Shown here: positions 10,275 to 19,745 of the stretch, in pieces
How the letters are laid out: every line of letters starts with the position of its first letter
Position numbering within the stretch: position 1 is the first letter of the stretch
From: a bacterium
GTDB lineage: Bacteria; JADJOY01
DNA length: 64,000 nt
Assembly: GCA_046331705.1 (NCBI GenBank)
Contig: JAXLQJ010000029.1
Coordinates: 1-64,000 of the forward strand
Direction of reading: 5' to 3'
Program-made: the position numbers and the translations under genes
The notes under the pieces: model-generated
What the model was told of the DNA's origin: nothing
The model's input: the letters and a program-made list of their open reading frames with translations, nothing else
Database searches by the model: none

Positions 10275-11558
10275 GTGGATCCCGAGTCGACCCCCTCCCC
10301 TGCCCCCGACGCGAGCGCCGATCGTCCCAACCCGGACACCGGCCCACGCGTGCGGCGTCCCGTTCGCCATCGCCTGCCCCGCCGCTATCGCCGGCAGCCG
10401 CGACGCGCCACAGCGCCGCTGACGACCTGGTTCGGGTGGCTGGCGCTGGCGTGCGCGCCAGCGCTGTTGTTGCTGGCGGTGGATCGCCTGGACCTGCGCC
10501 GTCCCGAATCGCAGGATTACCTGGACGCGCAAGCGATGCACCGCGACCTGGTGCAGCGCTTCCAGCGCGATGCCTACACCCAGCCGGAAGCCCAGGCCGT
10601 CGTCGCGCGCCTCGAGCGCGTGCCGTCCTCGTCGCGCAACTATTCCGAAGCGCAGGACCTGCTCCAGCGCTACCGCTGGGAGATGGATCGCAACACCGAA
10701 GCCGAGCCAGCGGAGCCCACGGCCGTCGTCGAGGAACCGACCGGCCGGACGTGGCACCCCGCGGCCCCCTCGTCGCCCTCGAGCGCCGACGCCGCGGATG
10801 GCAGCGCGACGGCGCGCGACTCGGGCACCCCGCCCACGCCGATCGACTCGGATGCCGTGACTCCCACGTTGCCCGAAGGCGAGGCGGAACCAGCGGGGTG
10901 GACCTCCATCACGCCCAGCAAGGCCAAAGACGCGCCGCTGCCCGGCAAGTCGCCCGAGACCCGCGAGCGGATCGATCGCGATCTCGCCGCCCGCATCGGC
11001 TTCCGTTGTTACACCGCGAGCTTCGGTGTCCCGACCCCGCGCGAGGCGGCGCGCTTCGAGGTCCGTCTCGGCGCCGAGTCGACGGTGCGCATCGGCAGCC
11101 TGCGGGTGCGGAATCTGCGTGACCTGCGCGAGGGGTTACACCGCTTGGTCGCTTCCGATGCGGCCCTCGATCCGCTCGACGATTTCCTCGCGGGGTTCTC
11201 CGAGGACGCGTTGGCTCGCGCAGCGCTCGAGCCGGCGGCGGGCAGCCACTGGGTGTGGGTGGACACCGAGCGCGCTCCGGTCTTCGTCGATCTGCTGTCG
11301 GAGGCGGCGCGCTGTCAGGGTCGCGCGTCGCAGGCGGCTCCCGAGAATCCATCGACCTTCGGCGGCGGCGCGACCGCAGGCGACGCACCCGCGCTCGTCT
11401 CGTTGCCGGTCGACCGGGCGCCGAATCAGGCGCTCGACGTACGATGGCCCCGGGATGCGACCGGTGCGGCGCTCGAGCTGGTGCTGCGCGTCGACGGTCG
11501 TCCCCATCCAGTGGCGCGCTTCCAACTGCCTCCCACGAGTCCCGCCGCGGCCCGCTGA
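10275..11558 (+). CDS. Hypothetical membrane-anchored protein
   Basis: 427-aa ORF with one N-terminal hydrophobic segment and a Pro/Ala/Ser linker; 12 bp upstream of the kinase. Confidence 0.6.
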   Translation: MDPESTPSPAPDASADRPNPDTGPRVRRPVRHRLPRRYRRQPRRATAPLTTWFGWLALACAPALLLLAVDRLDLRRPESQDYLDAQAMHRDLVQRFQRDAYTQPEAQAVVARLERVPSSSRNYSEAQDLLQRYRWEMDRNTEAEPAEPTAVVEEPTGRTWHPAAPSSPSSADAADGSATARDSGTPPTPIDSDAVTPTLPEGEAEPAGWTSITPSKAKDAPLPGKSPETRERIDRDLAARIGFRCYTASFGVPTPREAARFEVRLGAESTVRIGSLRVRNLRDLREGLHRLVASDAALDPLDDFLAGFSEDALARAALEPAAGSHWVWVDTERAPVFVDLLSEAARCQGRASQAAPENPSTFGGGATAGDAPALVSLPVDRAPNQALDVRWPRDATGAALELVLRVDGRPHPVARFQLPPTSPAAAR

Positions 11559-11570
11559 CCCGGAGCACGC

Positions 11571-13433
11571 TTGTTCTGTCCGAAGTGCGGCGCTGAGACA
11601 CCGGGCGGCGACCGATTCTGCCGTGCTTGCGGCGGCGCGCTGGCGACCCCGGCCGCGCCGGCGCCCGCGGCGCTGCCGCCCAGCGATCCGGCGCAGATCG
11701 GCAGCCTCTTCGCCGATCGCTACGAGGTCCGTCGGGAGCTCGGCCGGGGCGGCATGGGCATCGTCTACGAGGCGATCGACACGCGTCTCAAGGACCGCAT
11801 CGCGCTCAAGGTGCTGATGCCGCATCACGCCGCCAACCCGACGGTCTACGAGCGCTTCCTCCAAGAGGTCCGCACCGCCCGCCAGCTCTCGCACCCCAAC
11901 ATCGTGAAGGTCTACGACCTCGGTGAGGCCTCTCGGACCATCTACTTCACGATGGAGTACCTCGAGGGCCGAGACCTGGACGAGATCCTCGAGGACGAGG
12001 GCCCGTTCGACCTCGAGACGACGGTGGACGTGCTCGGCAAGGTCTGCGCGGCGCTCGACGTGGCCCACAAAGCCAACCTCGTTCACCGCGACGTGAAGCC
12101 CGAGAACGTCTTCATGACGCTCGGCGGCGAGATCAAGGTCCTGGATTTCGGCGTGGCCAAGGTTCTCGACGGGTCCACCACCGGCATGACCGGCAGCATG
12201 ATCGGCACCCCCTCGTACATGGCGCCGGAGCAAGTCAGCCAGGGCGGCAAGGTCGATTACTGGACCGACATCTACGCGCTCGGCGTGGTGACGTTCCGCA
12301 TGCTGACGGGGGAGCTGCCGTTCAAGGCATCCGATCCGATCGAGGCGGCGCTGCAGCACATCCACGCGTTGCCGCCCACACCGCGCTCGGTCAATCCCGC
12401 CATCCCGGCCGGCGTCGAGGACGCGATCTTGCGCGCGCTCGCCAAGGACCCCGCGCGCCGCCAGCCGTCGGCGCTGGCGTTCGCCGAGGAGCTGCGCCGT
12501 GGCGCCGGGCTCGCCCGCGAGGCGGCGAGCGCCACCATCGATCTCAAGAAGGTCGATCTCAACCGGTTCCGCGCGCCCGACCCGACGCCGCCCGCGTCGC
12601 CCGCGATCGGTGCCCGGCCGCGCATGACCGGGCGCTCGCTCACCCCAGGCGCACCGCTCTTCCCGGCGCCGGCCACCGCCCGCTGGTCGGTGATCTCCCA
12701 GGGCCGCATCCTCGGGGACCTCGATCGCCCGACGATCGAGCAGTGGATCGCCGATCACAAGCTCACCGCCACCGATCACGCCAAGGCCGACGGCGGCAAG
12801 TGGTTCCCGCTCGAGGTGTTTCCCGATTTCGTCGACGCGCTGGGCGCGGTCGTGCCGCTCGAGGAGATCCCGGACATCGTGCCCGCGCCGGTTCGGGCGC
12901 GAGCCCGCCAAGAGGTGATCGCCCGCGCGATCGTGTGGGTGGTGCTGATCACCGCCTTCGTCACCGGCTACGGCTTCATCCGGGTCTGGACCAAGAGCAT
13001 GGCGTTGGAAGCGCCGCTGCGCCTCGCCCTCGACACGCTCTACTACGACGAGGGCACGATCCTCGATCTCAACGGCAAGCCGACGCTCTCCCAGCACTAC
13101 GCCACCAGCACGGAACGAAGTGCCGCGCTGCTCAAGCTCGCGCAGGAGCGTCAGGTGCAGGTGCGCCCCGAGGACGCCGTGCTCGTGGTGGACTCGAAGC
13201 GCGCACTGTTGCGCTGGATCGTGCCGCTGCGGATCCCGGTGATGTTCGTGCCGATCCGGCGGGAGATCACCGTGGAGAAGGGTTTCCCGTTGCGCGAGAA
13301 GCAGCTCATCAAGTTCTACAGCGACCCTCCCGATCCCGGCGTGCGGCCGGAAGGCTTCACCTGGGAGGACGTGCGGAACTGGATCGCCGAGCGCCACGCC
13401 CAGGCCACTGGGGCTGGCGTCGCGCCGCGCTGA
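11571..13433 (+). CDS. Hanks-type Ser/Thr protein kinase with N-terminal zinc ribbon, GYF_2-like domain and TM helix
   Basis: CPKCG..CRACG; LGRGGMG, IALK, HRDVKPEN, DFG, GTPSYMAPE; W..GRILGDL...IEQWI..W.PL segment; TM near the C-terminus. Confidence 0.9.
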   Translation: MFCPKCGAETPGGDRFCRACGGALATPAAPAPAALPPSDPAQIGSLFADRYEVRRELGRGGMGIVYEAIDTRLKDRIALKVLMPHHAANPTVYERFLQEVRTARQLSHPNIVKVYDLGEASRTIYFTMEYLEGRDLDEILEDEGPFDLETTVDVLGKVCAALDVAHKANLVHRDVKPENVFMTLGGEIKVLDFGVAKVLDGSTTGMTGSMIGTPSYMAPEQVSQGGKVDYWTDIYALGVVTFRMLTGELPFKASDPIEAALQHIHALPPTPRSVNPAIPAGVEDAILRALAKDPARRQPSALAFAEELRRGAGLAREAASATIDLKKVDLNRFRAPDPTPPASPAIGARPRMTGRSLTPGAPLFPAPATARWSVISQGRILGDLDRPTIEQWIADHKLTATDHAKADGGKWFPLEVFPDFVDALGAVVPLEEIPDIVPAPVRARARQEVIARAIVWVVLITAFVTGYGFIRVWTKSMALEAPLRLALDTLYYDEGTILDLNGKPTLSQHYATSTERSAALLKLAQERQVQVRPEDAVLVVDSKRALLRWIVPLRIPVMFVPIRREITVEKGFPLREKQLIKFYSDPPDPGVRPEGFTWEDVRNWIAERHAQATGAGVAPR

Positions 13434-13445
13434 CGACGAGCCCGC

Positions 13446-15152
13446 GTGGTTCGCGAGACCCGCACCGCGCGTGCCCGAGCCAGCACGGCGACGACGAGCC
13501 GCGCGCCGCGCGTCGCCGCGTGGCTGATCGCCATCCTGATCGGATTCGCTCCCGCCGCTCACCTGGAAGGGCCGCTGCTGCGCGATCCGTGGACGGTCCA
13601 CGACGACGCACGTCAGGTGGTGTACCAAGCGCGCCTCGCGACGCGCGACGCGGCGGCGGCCGCCGACCCCAACGCCCATCAATCGGCGCTCTACGTCCCG
13701 ACCGCCCTCGCGTTCGTCTATCGCGTGCTCGGGCGCTGGGTCGACCCCCTCACGCTCACGAAGATCCTGCCGCTGCTCGCGTCGCCCGCGTTCACGCTGC
13801 TGGTCTTCAGCGCCGGCGCGCGGCGCTGGGGCACCGCGGCGGGTCTGGCGGCGGCGGCCCTCGCCGGACTGCACTCGTGGAGTCGGTGGCCGCCGCAATG
13901 GGGCGCTGGCGACGCCGGCGATCTGCTCGCGTTGCTCCAGGTCGGGGCGCTCGCTTGTCTGGATTCGGGGCGACCGCTCGGCGCAGCGGCGCTCGTGGTG
14001 GCGGCAGCGCACCTGTATCCACCGGCGTTCCTGATTCTCGGCGCCACCGCCGGGATGGTCGCGCTCGCGGGCTGCATCCAGCGCGCGCGTCCGCACGGAG
14101 AGCCGGAGCGCGCGCGCGAGCCGCATGCCTTCCCGTTTCGCGTGACGGGTGCCGGCTGGGCGCTCGCGGGCGGTATCGCCCTGGGCGCCGCGCTGCTCCT
14201 CGCGAAGAGCCTCGCGTATCGCGGCGGCGAGATGGGACGGCTCTTCACGCTGGCGGAGGCGCGCTCGATGATCGAGTTCAGCCCGCTCGGCCGCAGCCCG
14301 CTCTTCTTCGACGATTCGTGGCGCAGCGTGAGCAACGATCGCAGCGGCCTCGCTCTCGACCTGCCCACCCTCTTCCTCTTGGGCTTCGCGATCGCGGTCG
14401 CGCTCCTGGCGGGGCCTCGACGCGCCGGTCCTTCGTTCGCGCTCGGCGCCATGACGGCGAGCGGTCTCGTGCTGTGGATCGCGGCGCGCGAGCTGATCTT
14501 TCTCTACCAGCCGGTCCGATTCGTGGTGGTGACGTTGCCGCTCGCCGCAGCGTTGCTCGGTGGGGCCAACGGGGTGCGCGCGCTGGAGCGAATATCGAGG
14601 CCAGCCCTGCGCGGCAGCGCGGCCGCGCTGGCAGCGGTCGGGGTGCTGCTGGTGTTCGTGCCTCGCCTCTACGCGTCCCACGTGACGGCCTCACCGCCGG
14701 CGCTCTATCGGGCCCTCGCCGCGACACCGCCCGGGACGCTCTTCGCCGGGCCGCCGCGGCTGCTCGACTTCGTGCCTGCGTTCGCCGAGCGACGCGTGCT
14801 GGTGAGCGACGAGATGATGCCGCCGATGTTCGTGCGCCGCTACGCGACCGTGCGCACGCTCATGACCGCGATGCTGACGGCGTACACGGCGCGTTCGCCT
14901 GCGGAGGTGGACCGCTTCTGCACCGAGCACGGCGTCACGCATTGGATCGTCGACCTCGACGATTTCGATGCGCGCTCCACGTGGAGCTATTTCCCGCCCT
15001 TCGACGCGATCGTGACGGAAGCGCGCCGGCGCGGGCCACCCTATGCGCTCGCCGAGGCCGCGCGCGCCCACGTGCTCGAGGGCGCCGAGCCGTACGCGAT
15101 CGTTCCCTGCCCGCTCGCGCCGCTGGCGCTCAGCCGCTCAACCGATCCGTGA
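13446..15152 (+). CDS. Polytopic membrane protein, possibly GT-C-like glycosyltransferase
   Basis: Many hydrophobic helices, acidic HDD motif in the first loop, soluble C-terminal domain. Confidence 0.55.
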   Translation: MVRETRTARARASTATTSRAPRVAAWLIAILIGFAPAAHLEGPLLRDPWTVHDDARQVVYQARLATRDAAAAADPNAHQSALYVPTALAFVYRVLGRWVDPLTLTKILPLLASPAFTLLVFSAGARRWGTAAGLAAAALAGLHSWSRWPPQWGAGDAGDLLALLQVGALACLDSGRPLGAAALVVAAAHLYPPAFLILGATAGMVALAGCIQRARPHGEPERAREPHAFPFRVTGAGWALAGGIALGAALLLAKSLAYRGGEMGRLFTLAEARSMIEFSPLGRSPLFFDDSWRSVSNDRSGLALDLPTLFLLGFAIAVALLAGPRRAGPSFALGAMTASGLVLWIAARELIFLYQPVRFVVVTLPLAAALLGGANGVRALERISRPALRGSAAALAAVGVLLVFVPRLYASHVTASPPALYRALAATPPGTLFAGPPRLLDFVPAFAERRVLVSDEMMPPMFVRRYATVRTLMTAMLTAYTARSPAEVDRFCTEHGVTHWIVDLDDFDARSTWSYFPPFDAIVTEARRRGPPYALAEAARAHVLEGAEPYAIVPCPLAPLALSRSTDP

Positions 15153-16647
15153 GCCGGTCCGCGGCGCGAAGCGCGAACGCCATGATCGTCTCTTGCGGAT
15201 TCACCCCGAGCGAGGTCGGGAAGACGCTGCCGTCGACGATCCACAGATCGCGCACGTCGTGGGCGCGCAGCTCCGAGTCGACCACCGACCGGCGCGGGTC
15301 CGCGCCCATCCGGCAGGTGCCGAGGGGGTGGAACGCCATCAGCTCGACGTCGCTGGCGCGGATCGACGAACGCTCGAGGGTCTCGACGTCCGAGGGGCGC
15401 TCGAGCTCCGTGAAGCGGTACACCGACGGCATCACGCGGGTGGCGCCCGCGGCGAAGTAGATCCGCGCCAGGACTCCAATGCCCTTGCGCATGCGCTCGG
15501 TGTCGAAGCGGTTGAGCTGATAGGTCATCACCGGCCGGCCGGCGACGTTCCACACCCGGCCGCGACTGGTATCGGAGACCATCACGCCGAAGATCGCCAC
15601 CCGCGAGAGATCGGACACCAGCTGCTTGAACGCGGTGCCGACGAAGGGCAGTCCCGGGCCGATGAGATCGGGCGGCCCTTGCGCGCCCTCCAGCATGATG
15701 CCTTCGTCCTTGTACTCGTCGACCATGTAGCCCTGCGGAACGCCGCGCCAACCGTCGATCGCCTCGTCGAAGAGCGCCGCCACCCGCGAGGCGGGGTGGA
15801 TCGTGAGGTTCTTCCCCACCTCGCCGCTCTCGTTGGCGAGGCGGTTCGCGAGCAGGAGCGCCGGTGTGTAGACCGCGCCGCACGCGATCACCACGGCGCG
15901 CGCCCGCACGCGGACGGCGAGCGACTGGGCCGCGCGGCGGGTGATCCCCGCGGCGGCATGGCCGATCACCCCGACCGCGCGCCCGGACTCGATCTCGACG
16001 CCCGTCACCTTCACACGCGTGTAGATCCGCGCGCCGGCGGCATCCGCGCGTGGGATGTAGCTCAGGTGCATCGGCTGCTTGCCGTCCTCCGGGCAGCCGA
16101 AACAACAGAGCCCGGAACCCTTGCAGGCATCCGAGACGTTGCGCCGAAGCGGACCATGCGAGAGTCCCAACGCCTCCGCGCCGCGGCGGATCACATCCGA
16201 GTTCTTGCCCCACAGATGCGGCTTCACGGGCTGGACGTGGGTGTCGATCTCGACGCGGTCGTAGTAGGGCGCGAGGTCGTCCGGGCGGACGTGCGCGAGC
16301 CCGAGCTCCCGGCCCCACTTCGCGAGGACGCGATCCGGCGTGCGGAACATCGTCCCCGAGTTCACGGTGGTGGTGCCACCCAGCGTGCAACCCAGCGGCA
16401 GCGGCACGCCGGGGAAGCCGAGGGTGCTCGTCAGCCCCTGGTCCCGATACATGAGACGGAACATGTCGCCGAGACGGCGATTGAAGTCCTGCTTCGAGAC
16501 GCGCCGGCCCTCCTCCAGCAACACCACGGAGAAGCCGCGCTCGGCGAGCGTGGCCGCAAGCGGTGCGCCGCCCGCGCCCGATCCCACGATCACCACGTCC
16601 GCCTGCTCGTCGACGCGGCGAGCCTCCGCCGTGACGTCGACGATCAC
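15130..16647 (-). CDS. GMC-family FAD oxidoreductase
   Basis: VVIVGSGAGG, LGGTTTVNSG, CKGSGLCCFGC, HPLGTCRMG, DGSVFPTSLGVNPQETIMA; GTG 16647 overlaps the upstream TGA. Confidence 0.92.
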   Translation of the reverse strand: MIVDVTAEARRVDEQADVVIVGSGAGGAPLAATLAERGFSVVLLEEGRRVSKQDFNRRLGDMFRLMYRDQGLTSTLGFPGVPLPLGCTLGGTTTVNSGTMFRTPDRVLAKWGRELGLAHVRPDDLAPYYDRVEIDTHVQPVKPHLWGKNSDVIRRGAEALGLSHGPLRRNVSDACKGSGLCCFGCPEDGKQPMHLSYIPRADAAGARIYTRVKVTGVEIESGRAVGVIGHAAAGITRRAAQSLAVRVRARAVVIACGAVYTPALLLANRLANESGEVGKNLTIHPASRVAALFDEAIDGWRGVPQGYMVDEYKDEGIMLEGAQGPPDLIGPGLPFVGTAFKQLVSDLSRVAIFGVMVSDTSRGRVWNVAGRPVMTYQLNRFDTERMRKGIGVLARIYFAAGATRVMPSVYRFTELERPSDVETLERSSIRASDVELMAFHPLGTCRMGADPRRSVVDSELRAHDVRDLWIVDGSVFPTSLGVNPQETIMAFALRAADRLTDRLSG

Positions 16648-17069
16648 GACCCCACCTCCCGCAGCGCGCCGTCGACGATGTTGCCGGGGCGATAGCCGAT
16701 GGCGCGCTGTACCTCGGGGATCGAGCCATACACCATGGTGACCACCGTCTTGAGCAGCAGCAACGTGGCGCGGCGCAGGTAGAGGCGGCTCTCGTCCCAC
16801 GCACGCAGGTAGCGGATTCGGTCCTCGGCATCGAGCGAGACGAAGCGCGCGAAACGACCCCACACGAGCACCACCGACCAATCGAAGGCCACGAGCAGCA
16901 GCCCGAGTCCGATCACCGCGTGCGCGCCGATCCGGCCAGCGAACTCCTCGACGCGCGCACTGACCTCGGCGGCGCTCGGCGCCGCCGTCAGCCCGACGCC
17001 CGACGGCAACAACGCCTCGACGAACGCCGTGAGGATCCGCCGCTGACCCCGCGAGAACTCGGTCGCCAT
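16644..17069 (-). CDS. Small GMC-associated protein (gluconate dehydrogenase subunit 3-like)
   Basis: RFVSLDAEDR..YL..W and ..Y...EVQRAIGY pattern; translationally coupled to the GMC gene. Confidence 0.65.
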   Translation of the reverse strand: MATEFSRGQRRILTAFVEALLPSGVGLTAAPSAAEVSARVEEFAGRIGAHAVIGLGLLLVAFDWSVVLVWGRFARFVSLDAEDRIRYLRAWDESRLYLRRATLLLLKTVVTMVYGSIPEVQRAIGYRPGNIVDGALREVGS

Positions 17070-17120
17070 CTCACCCCTCCCCCGCCAGCGCCTCCCGCAG
17101 ATCTATCAGGCCGTCCACTC

Positions 17121-17131
17121 CGGTGCCACCC
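17121..17131. repeat. Left inverted copy (CGGTGCCACCC) of the motif flanking the HUH nuclease gene
   Basis: Exact reverse complement of GGGTGGCACCG at 18434-18444. Confidence 0.6.
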
Positions 17132-17306
17132 TCCCCGATCCGGCGCGCGGCGGAGTCGAACGTCGCGTCTCCAACTGCGCCCACGCGGGCGCACCGATGC
17201 GAACGGTGAGGCGCACTGGTCGTGGCAGGCATGCGCGACCTGGGGGGCAACCAGGGGAAAATCGCAGCTCGCGATCGGCACCGATCCTGCGTTGCGGATT
17301 TGGGTC

Positions 17307-18230
17307 ATGCCCCGCCCAATCCGTTGGCTTCAGCCGCACACCCGCTGGTTCGTGACCACCCGCACGCTCGAGGCGCGCCTGCTGTTGGTGCCGAGCCCCG
17401 AGCTCAACGAACGCATCGGCTTCTGGTTTGGCCGCGCATTGAAGCGATTCCCGGGTATCGAGGCGCACGCGCTGTACGTGGCTTCGAATCACCTACACGT
17501 CGTGGTAACCGACCGCGACGGCTCACTGAGCGCGTTCTTCGGGTACTTCCTGGGATTCGTCGCCCGCGACGTCAACGCACTACGGAATCGCCGCGGGCCC
17601 GTCTTTCACCGCCGCTTCTCGGCCGAACCAATCCTCGACGCGGACGCCCTCGCGGAGCGGATCGCATACCTCGTGTGCAATCCACTCGAGGATCGCTTGG
17701 TCGCAGACTGGCGTGAATGGCCGGGCGTGCTGATGTGGCCACAGTCCGATCAGCCGCAGCGCTACACGTTCCAGCGCCTCGACCAGACATCCTTCGCGCG
17801 TGCCAGATCGCGAGCCAAGCGTGGCGGCACGCACATCGACCGCAAATCCTTCGTCGCGAAGGAGTCCGTCACGATCTTCCCCCTCCCTGACGAGGGCAGC
17901 GGAATTCCCGACGCGAACTGGATTCGCACAGCCGTCGCACGGCGCGCGCAAGCGCTGCGTGAGCGGGATTCCGGGAAGCGATGTCTCGGGGCGGCGCGGA
18001 TCGTCCGCCAGCACGCCAACGCCCTCCCCGAGCGATCCGATCACTCGCGACGCCCCCTCTGCCACACGACCCGGCGAACGCTGTGGCTCGAGTTTCGCGC
18101 CCTGTGGCGGACTCTGGTCTCCGCGTATCGTGAGATCTCGGCGCGGTTTCGCGGGGGCGAGCTGCGCGCCCGATTTCCCGCGTTCACATTTCCGCCCTGG
18201 CGACCACTGATCGTTCCGATGCAACACTGA
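17307..18230 (+). mobile_element. RAYT/Y1-like HUH tyrosine transposase with C-terminal extension
   Basis: MPRPIR..WFVTTR, HUH motif NHLH, RRGPVFHRRF, catalytic YxxxNP (YLVCNP), W.EWPG; visibly less GC-biased than neighbours. Confidence 0.8.
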
Positions 18231-18433
18231 CATCGCGCGGTTGCCATCGCGTCCGCTCGCGGGAGCGATGGTGCGCCCGGGGATGCTCCCGGCATCCATG
18301 GAGCGCGCTCGGCGAGCGCCTTCGCTGCGCGCATGATGCGCCGCGCGCACGCGTGGCGACTCGCACGGCCCGTCGGCGCGCTCGGCAGAGCAATGCCGAC
18401 TGCCTCGCACCGCTTGCCCATTCGTCAAACAGT

Positions 18434-18535
18434 GGGTGGCACCGTTTGGGGGGGCACCGTTCGGGGGTGGCACCGTTCGGGGGTGGCACCGTTCGGGGGG
18501 CACCGTTCGGGGGGCACCGTTCGGGGCCGTTCGGG
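18434..18535 (+). repeat. G-rich tandem array of GGCACCGTT(C)G4-7 units (6 full plus 1 partial, 14-16 bp period)
   Basis: GGCACCGTT at 18438, 18453, 18469, 18485, 18499 and 18513, partial CCGTTCGGG at 18527. Confidence 0.92.
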
Positions 18536-18675
18536 CCTTGGCCGCGACCATGCCGTCGCGAGCACGCGGTGGTAGAGTCGAAAACCGTCGGCCAGCGTCC
18601 GCGCCCGACGGTGAGAGAGCGCGCTCGCACCAACGTCGACGACATCCGTTCATCGACCTTCAGCCTTCGAGCGAG

Positions 18676-19521
<846 letters not shown>

Positions 19522-19745
19522 GCCCCGGCGATCTCGCGGTCGACGGCTCGGCACGCACGACGAGGAGCATTCTTTCCGTGGGTAGCACGCTGCCGAACGA
19601 GCCTCGCGCCACACGCGCGCCGACGAGCAACGTGATTCGGCTCGCGGGTGGGCGCCTGGAAGCGCCCCCCGAGAAGACATCGACGGGCACGAGAAGCTCG
19701 TCGCGGCGAGTTTTCTGGCAGCCCGTTCGCGATCACTCGCCCATC

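Noticed and set aside
11136-14681. 1181-aa minus-strand ORF and similar long ORFs (for example 5339-7957, 12743-15460, 25920-28016)
   Set aside because: Antisense or alternate-frame shadows of well-supported genes, Arg/Gly/Ala-rich without motifs; expected at this GC content.
16372-16381. Extra GGTGCCACCC copy matching the nuclease-flanking motif
   Set aside because: It lies inside the GMC gene, encoding the conserved LGGT motif; a chance match in high-GC DNA.
18434-18535. Tandem array as a CRISPR array
   Set aside because: Units are 14-16 bp with only G-tract differences, there are no unique spacers, and no cas genes are in the window.
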